Translations under genes and position numbers: made by a program
Part shown: in pieces, positions 58,349 to 62,674 of the stretch
Layout of the letters: each line of letters starts with the position of its first letter
Position numbering within the stretch: position 1 is the first letter of the stretch
The notes under the pieces: generated by a model
The model's database searches: none
What the model was told of the DNA's origin: nothing
What the model saw: the letters and a program-made list of their open reading frames with translations, nothing else
NCBI GenBank assembly: GCA_020536535.1
Contig: JAHLWZ010000878.1
Coordinates: 1 to 62,674 of the forward strand
Direction: 5' to 3'
Origin: Pelomyxa schiedti
Lineage: Eukaryota > Protista > Evosea
DNA: 62,674 nucleotides

Positions 58349-58668
58349 GCACAGTGCATCATCCACCATATTGTTGTTTATCTTGTTAAAAAGTATCTTT
58401 TTAAAACACAAAACACCTCACTTTGTTTTAAATCCAAAACTCGTTCTACATTCCAGTCACAAGATGAAAGTAGAAGTGCCTCGGTTTCGATTTTGATTTG
58501 ATAACTATCGTTCCCTGATGCCACCAAATCAGACCATTATCCAGTTCACGTCCAACCTTGGCTTCGAAGCTGGGGGAAACTACAACTCTGGGTTACTTGG
58601 TAGAAGGATTCGAGGAAAAGCCTTATGTGCAAAAGCCCAAGCCCATTTGTTTTTATTTTTTATGGTTG

Positions 58669-61600
58669 CTACGGCAGGTGGGGTGTTAGTCCATCAAGAA
58701 ATTCTTTGTATGACACTCGGCCTGGAAAGAGCGGTGAGAAGAACATAAATAAACGAGAAAGCTGCTGGTTTTGGGGCCGGAGGAAGAAAATTTGGTGACA
58801 CACCATCACCGTTGGTGTCCAGCAGTCTGTGGAGACGCTCGATTTGTTTGTCAGTCAATGGAACCTTCAGCAACACATTCAGAGCTTCGAGGCCAACTTT
58901 GAGCTCCTCGGGACTGAGGAATCCCACTCCATCCACGTCCATCTGCCGGAACAGTCTCATTATCTGTGTTTCGAGTTGAGGAAAACACGAGGAGGAACAG
59001 GCAACTTGTTGTTGGAATGTGTACCTGTAAGCTCTGTGTGTGAATAACTCTGGCAACCTCAAGCATAACACTGTCATAGAATCCGGCCGAGTTGGATTTC
59101 TCAGCTGCGGATAGTTCGAGCTGCTTGAAGATGCTCTTGAATTTCTTGATGTTCACTTCTTCTCTCCCCCCTTCTCCAACGAAGCAGTCGTTGCTCAGCT
59201 TGTGGAGCTCCTCGGATGTGATCTTGATGCCGCATTCAGACAGCATGAGGATGAACTCAGGAGTCAGAATGGAGTTGTGGTGGTGGAGGTGGTGAGGCTG
59301 TGCTTTTGCGCGGCTCTTAAATTCGTTGAACGTGGCGGAAATAGACCCGTGTTTCTTGCATAAATGCCGGTAGATATGATGAATTTTCTTTTCTTTCCAT
59401 TCACTCTAGGCGGGAAATTCAGATGTAGCGACTTAAAAGAATAGAGAAGAATGAACCTCTGGTGCAACGTCAAAATCAGGTTTGAACTTCGAGATGAATT
59501 CAGCAAAATCTGGTTTGGCCGTAAGACCTTCCAGGAGATGAAGATATTATAACTGTAGTTACCTATCTGCCCGTCATCATTCTTGTCAATCTGATGAAAC
59601 AAGTCGAAGCACTGGCAAAAACGGAAAGTGAGTATCCTATAACAGTGCTCTGGAGGGAGTGTCTAATAACATACCTGTTCATCTGTTATTCCCAGTTGAG
59701 AGGAAGTAACGGCAGAGCGAAATTCTTGGAAGGATAAAAGATGGTTGCCATCAATATCGTATTTGGCAAATGCTACACATGAAATTAGTTTGGTTTCTAT
59801 ATTTCTACTTGAAAACCATTTTCAAGACTTCCAATTTCCCGGAATATAGAAACTGATATTTTATGCACAAGCTCCTTTGTCAACTCTGCCCATAGTAATC
59901 TTTTTTTTTTTTTTTGGGTTTTTTTTAAAAATATCTACGCATGGAAGCGTTGTACCCTTCAATCTTGGGTTTATGCCTGTTCAAAAATTTGCAGTAGTTA
60001 ATCATTCCGCCGTCTTCTTCAGCCAAGTATACCCATAGTACATTCCATCTCACTCCTGGAAGGCCAAGAATATCTTGTAACACTACAAAAAAGGGGTGAG
60101 GAAATACAACAACATCTCTTAGATTGGGCATACCAGCAACAAATGTTTCAATGGATACTTTGCCAGTCCCAGATATGTCTTGTGATGCAAACGCCTATCC
60201 AACACAAGTGTTAGACGTATGGAAAGGACCAATGGATATGAAAGTATACATTGATCAATAAATGCCTCTTTAAGAATATTCTCTGCACAATGTGATGAGA
60301 CAGAAGTAAAATTGTAAATACAGGAAGAAAATACAGAAGCGCAAGGCATACCTCTTTGATTTTTTGAAGTGTATCATCACTTGAAGAGGCATTGTCACTT
60401 TCTTCTGTGTGGAATGAAGAAGCATGGAAAGTTTCTATTTCAGGGAGTGGAAATGGATCAGTAGTACTGAGCTTGGCATAAACTGCTCCACGGAATACTG
60501 CAACACCCGCTTTATTCTCAGCTGTTCCACCATAGTTGGAGGCAGAAAAAAGTGTCAAGACCTTATTGTTGTGACTCCACTCAAACCCAGAGTCCTTCTA
60601 AAATGAAAATGAGCCCCCATTAATAAAAGCAAACAGGTTAATTACCACTTGGTGTGACCGTATTAGCAAGTCAAGGTTGTTCGCAGACAAAAATTGCTCA
60701 GTCACATCTGTGCCCCACTAAAAGTGAGGATGTCAATTACCTTGCGAAAGGGGAATTTGCAGCACGCATACACTGACACTTGATCCTCTGTGTCCAGTTT
60801 TTATTCCCGCTTCCATTCATCAGTTGGGTGAAAAAAAAAAAAAACCAAGGCTCATACCTTCTTCCATTGGGTCGCTCCATAGAATTCCATTCAGAATTTT
60901 CTTAGCTCTTTTCGCGGCAGACACTCCTGAAGGTGTTGCCGAGGTGACACCAGATGGGGGATTCTTTGCGAGCTTTTTCTCGGTGTTCCCCCTTGGTAGA
61001 TTTATCAGCTCGGGTTCCACTGTAACAGTGGCTCCAAATTCAGAAAGGCCGCCATGCATCACAATAACTCTTGAAGAGATCACAGTCGCCAAGGGAAGGT
61101 ATCTCAGTGCCTTTTCTATGAGTTCAAACATTGGCAGAGAGTAGAGCTTCAGCACTTGAGATTCAAATCCGTATTTTTCATTCATATGACGCTATAGTCA
61201 AAAGTTAGCATTGTGTTAATTCGAGAGTTGGTAGAGTACATCTTCGTGGTTTCCTCTGTTGAGATACACAGAACTTGGGTTGTGCATGTGCATCGCAAAG
61301 AGAAGTGTCAATACCTCCAGGCTCTATTGTTGTCCATTTTGGGTGTCAAGTCCAGAAAAAATTTGTATTCAACTCCCAAATAAACCTGTGGACCTCTGTC
61401 AACAAAGTCTCCATTGAATACATAAATGTTCTCAAGAGATGGAAGTCCTGTCATGAAAATAAACGAGTGCTTCGATGTTTTCTTTCGAGATGAGAAAAAG
61501 AGATACCGAATGTTTGCAGAATTGTAACAAGGTCAGTGAGCTGACCATGAAGATCGCCGACAACAACAGTTCTTCCATTCTAAGCAGAAAATTTAGCGCA

Positions 61601-62660
61601 GCCGACAATTTCATCACAGCTCGGTACCTTTGGAATAGGAGCGAACATCACTGTGGTCAAGGTACTTTTAAAATGCTGATGTGCTGCGACATATATCCCA
61701 GCAACATACCACTCAGGAAGCATTTGGTTGGACGAGAAAGCGTGGAGTAGTTCGGGAATATCCTGATCTATAGGGAGTCTTTGTCACATTATGTCAGAAT
61801 GACAGATGATATACAGCTTCTATGGCACCTTGTATTGAATGTGGGTCCTTCAAGTGGTGACCTCTGTACTCCTCCGGTCGGACAGGTGAGGTAATGGAAG
61901 CTGAAGAAGCAGAACTGCCAGCAGATAGAGTTGTTGAAGTGCTCAAGGGCACATCAGTTGGGACCACTTGTGTGGAGCCAGAAGAGTCAACAAGAGGTGA
62001 TGGTGTATCAACGCCGACAGGCACCAAATCATGATCACGATTTTCAGCAGTGACAGTGACAGAAAAACCACCGGGTGGATTGGCCCCAACATCTCCATCT
62101 TGGCAACGTTGGATTCCAAGGTTGAAGCTCGCGCCCAGACCCAAGTTGGTGCGCGGCGCCACAGTGTCAACAACAACAACAACAACACCACCACCATCTC
62201 CTGATGACACACATTCTGTCGGATCCAATTTTACAGTACAACAACTTCCTGAATCGCGAAGTGCAGAGACTCTCAGCGAGAGGGATGCGGCCGCGGCGGG
62301 GTTGAAGGACTTCAACGAACCCACTTTTTTCCTGAACTTCCTCTCGGCCGCTGCATGCTCGCTCTCTTGATTCCCATAATAATGACAACTGTTGTGTGAG
62401 TAAAGAGAAGACGCCAAATGGGGGCTCATTTTCATTTTAGAAGGACTCTGGGTTTGAGTGGAGTCACAACAATAAGGTCTTNNNNNNNNNNCGCGGAATA
62501 CGGGGGGGAAAGGTCGTTGGCAGCTCACACCCTCTGCGTCATCGAGGACCAACTTGGCGAGCCTGAGAGCTGCCTCTGCGTCTACGTCGTGGTGATGCGA
62601 ATGATGGTGTTTGTGTGTGCTGCTCGTACTGCCGCGGTGCGACGAAACGGTACTTGCCAT
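58669..62660 (-). CDS. PPEF: PPEF/RdgC-type Ser/Thr phosphatase (PPP catalytic domain plus C-terminal EF-hands)
   Basis: GDLHGQ, FNGDFVDRG, NRGNHED, MHGGL, ILWSDP, IRSHQ, TLFSASNY; EF loops DIDGNH, DKNDDGQI, DVDGVGFLS, DTNGDG|RVSYKEF. A 10-N gap lies at 62482-62491. Confidence 0.9.
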
Positions 62661-62674
62661 TCGGTGAAACAAAG

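Noticed and set aside
62168-62197. (CAA)n/(CAC)n repeat
   Set aside because: Ordinary coding microsatellite (poly-Val/Gly) in the PPEF N-terminal extension.

Overview
Gene-dense eukaryotic genomic DNA with many very short (about 30-60 nt) GT-AG introns, occasional GC-AG introns, short intergenic spacers and GC-rich first exons. The style and gene content (Rab23, Sel1-repeat protein, several bacterial-type genes) suggest a flagellated amoebozoan protist, possibly an archamoeba; this is an unverified inference. About 19 protein-coding loci can be assembled by hand across introns. In order: a transketolase pseudogene, a stand-alone CinA-like protein, a DUF1848 radical-SAM-like protein, MIOS (GATOR2) tail-to-tail with TOR, trehalase, a calmodulin-like protein with a Cys-rich N-terminus, CLPTM1-like, a CE4 polysaccharide deacetylase, a 4x 2TM-repeat membrane protein, a rhodanese-methyltransferase fusion, an intronless Sel1-repeat protein, HEATR5, a PAF-acetylhydrolase-like hydrolase, an ankyrin/SAM protein, GNPTAB, an Ap4A-type Nudix hydrolase, a CorA transporter with an extra N-terminal membrane domain, cyclin B, Rab23, a zinc-ribbon protein and a PPEF phosphatase. 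The most notable observations are: (1) a bacterial-type DUF1848 protein whose CxxxCxxC motif is completed only by splicing and which carries eukaryote-like tails; (2) a 170-bp near-perfect inverted repeat whose right arm is bracketed by an 18-bp direct repeat; (3) MIOS-TOR adjacency; (4) unusual membrane-protein architectures. No tRNA, rRNA, CRISPR array or intact transposon was recognised. Exon boundaries are hand-inferred and family calls are from motif recognition, not database searches.
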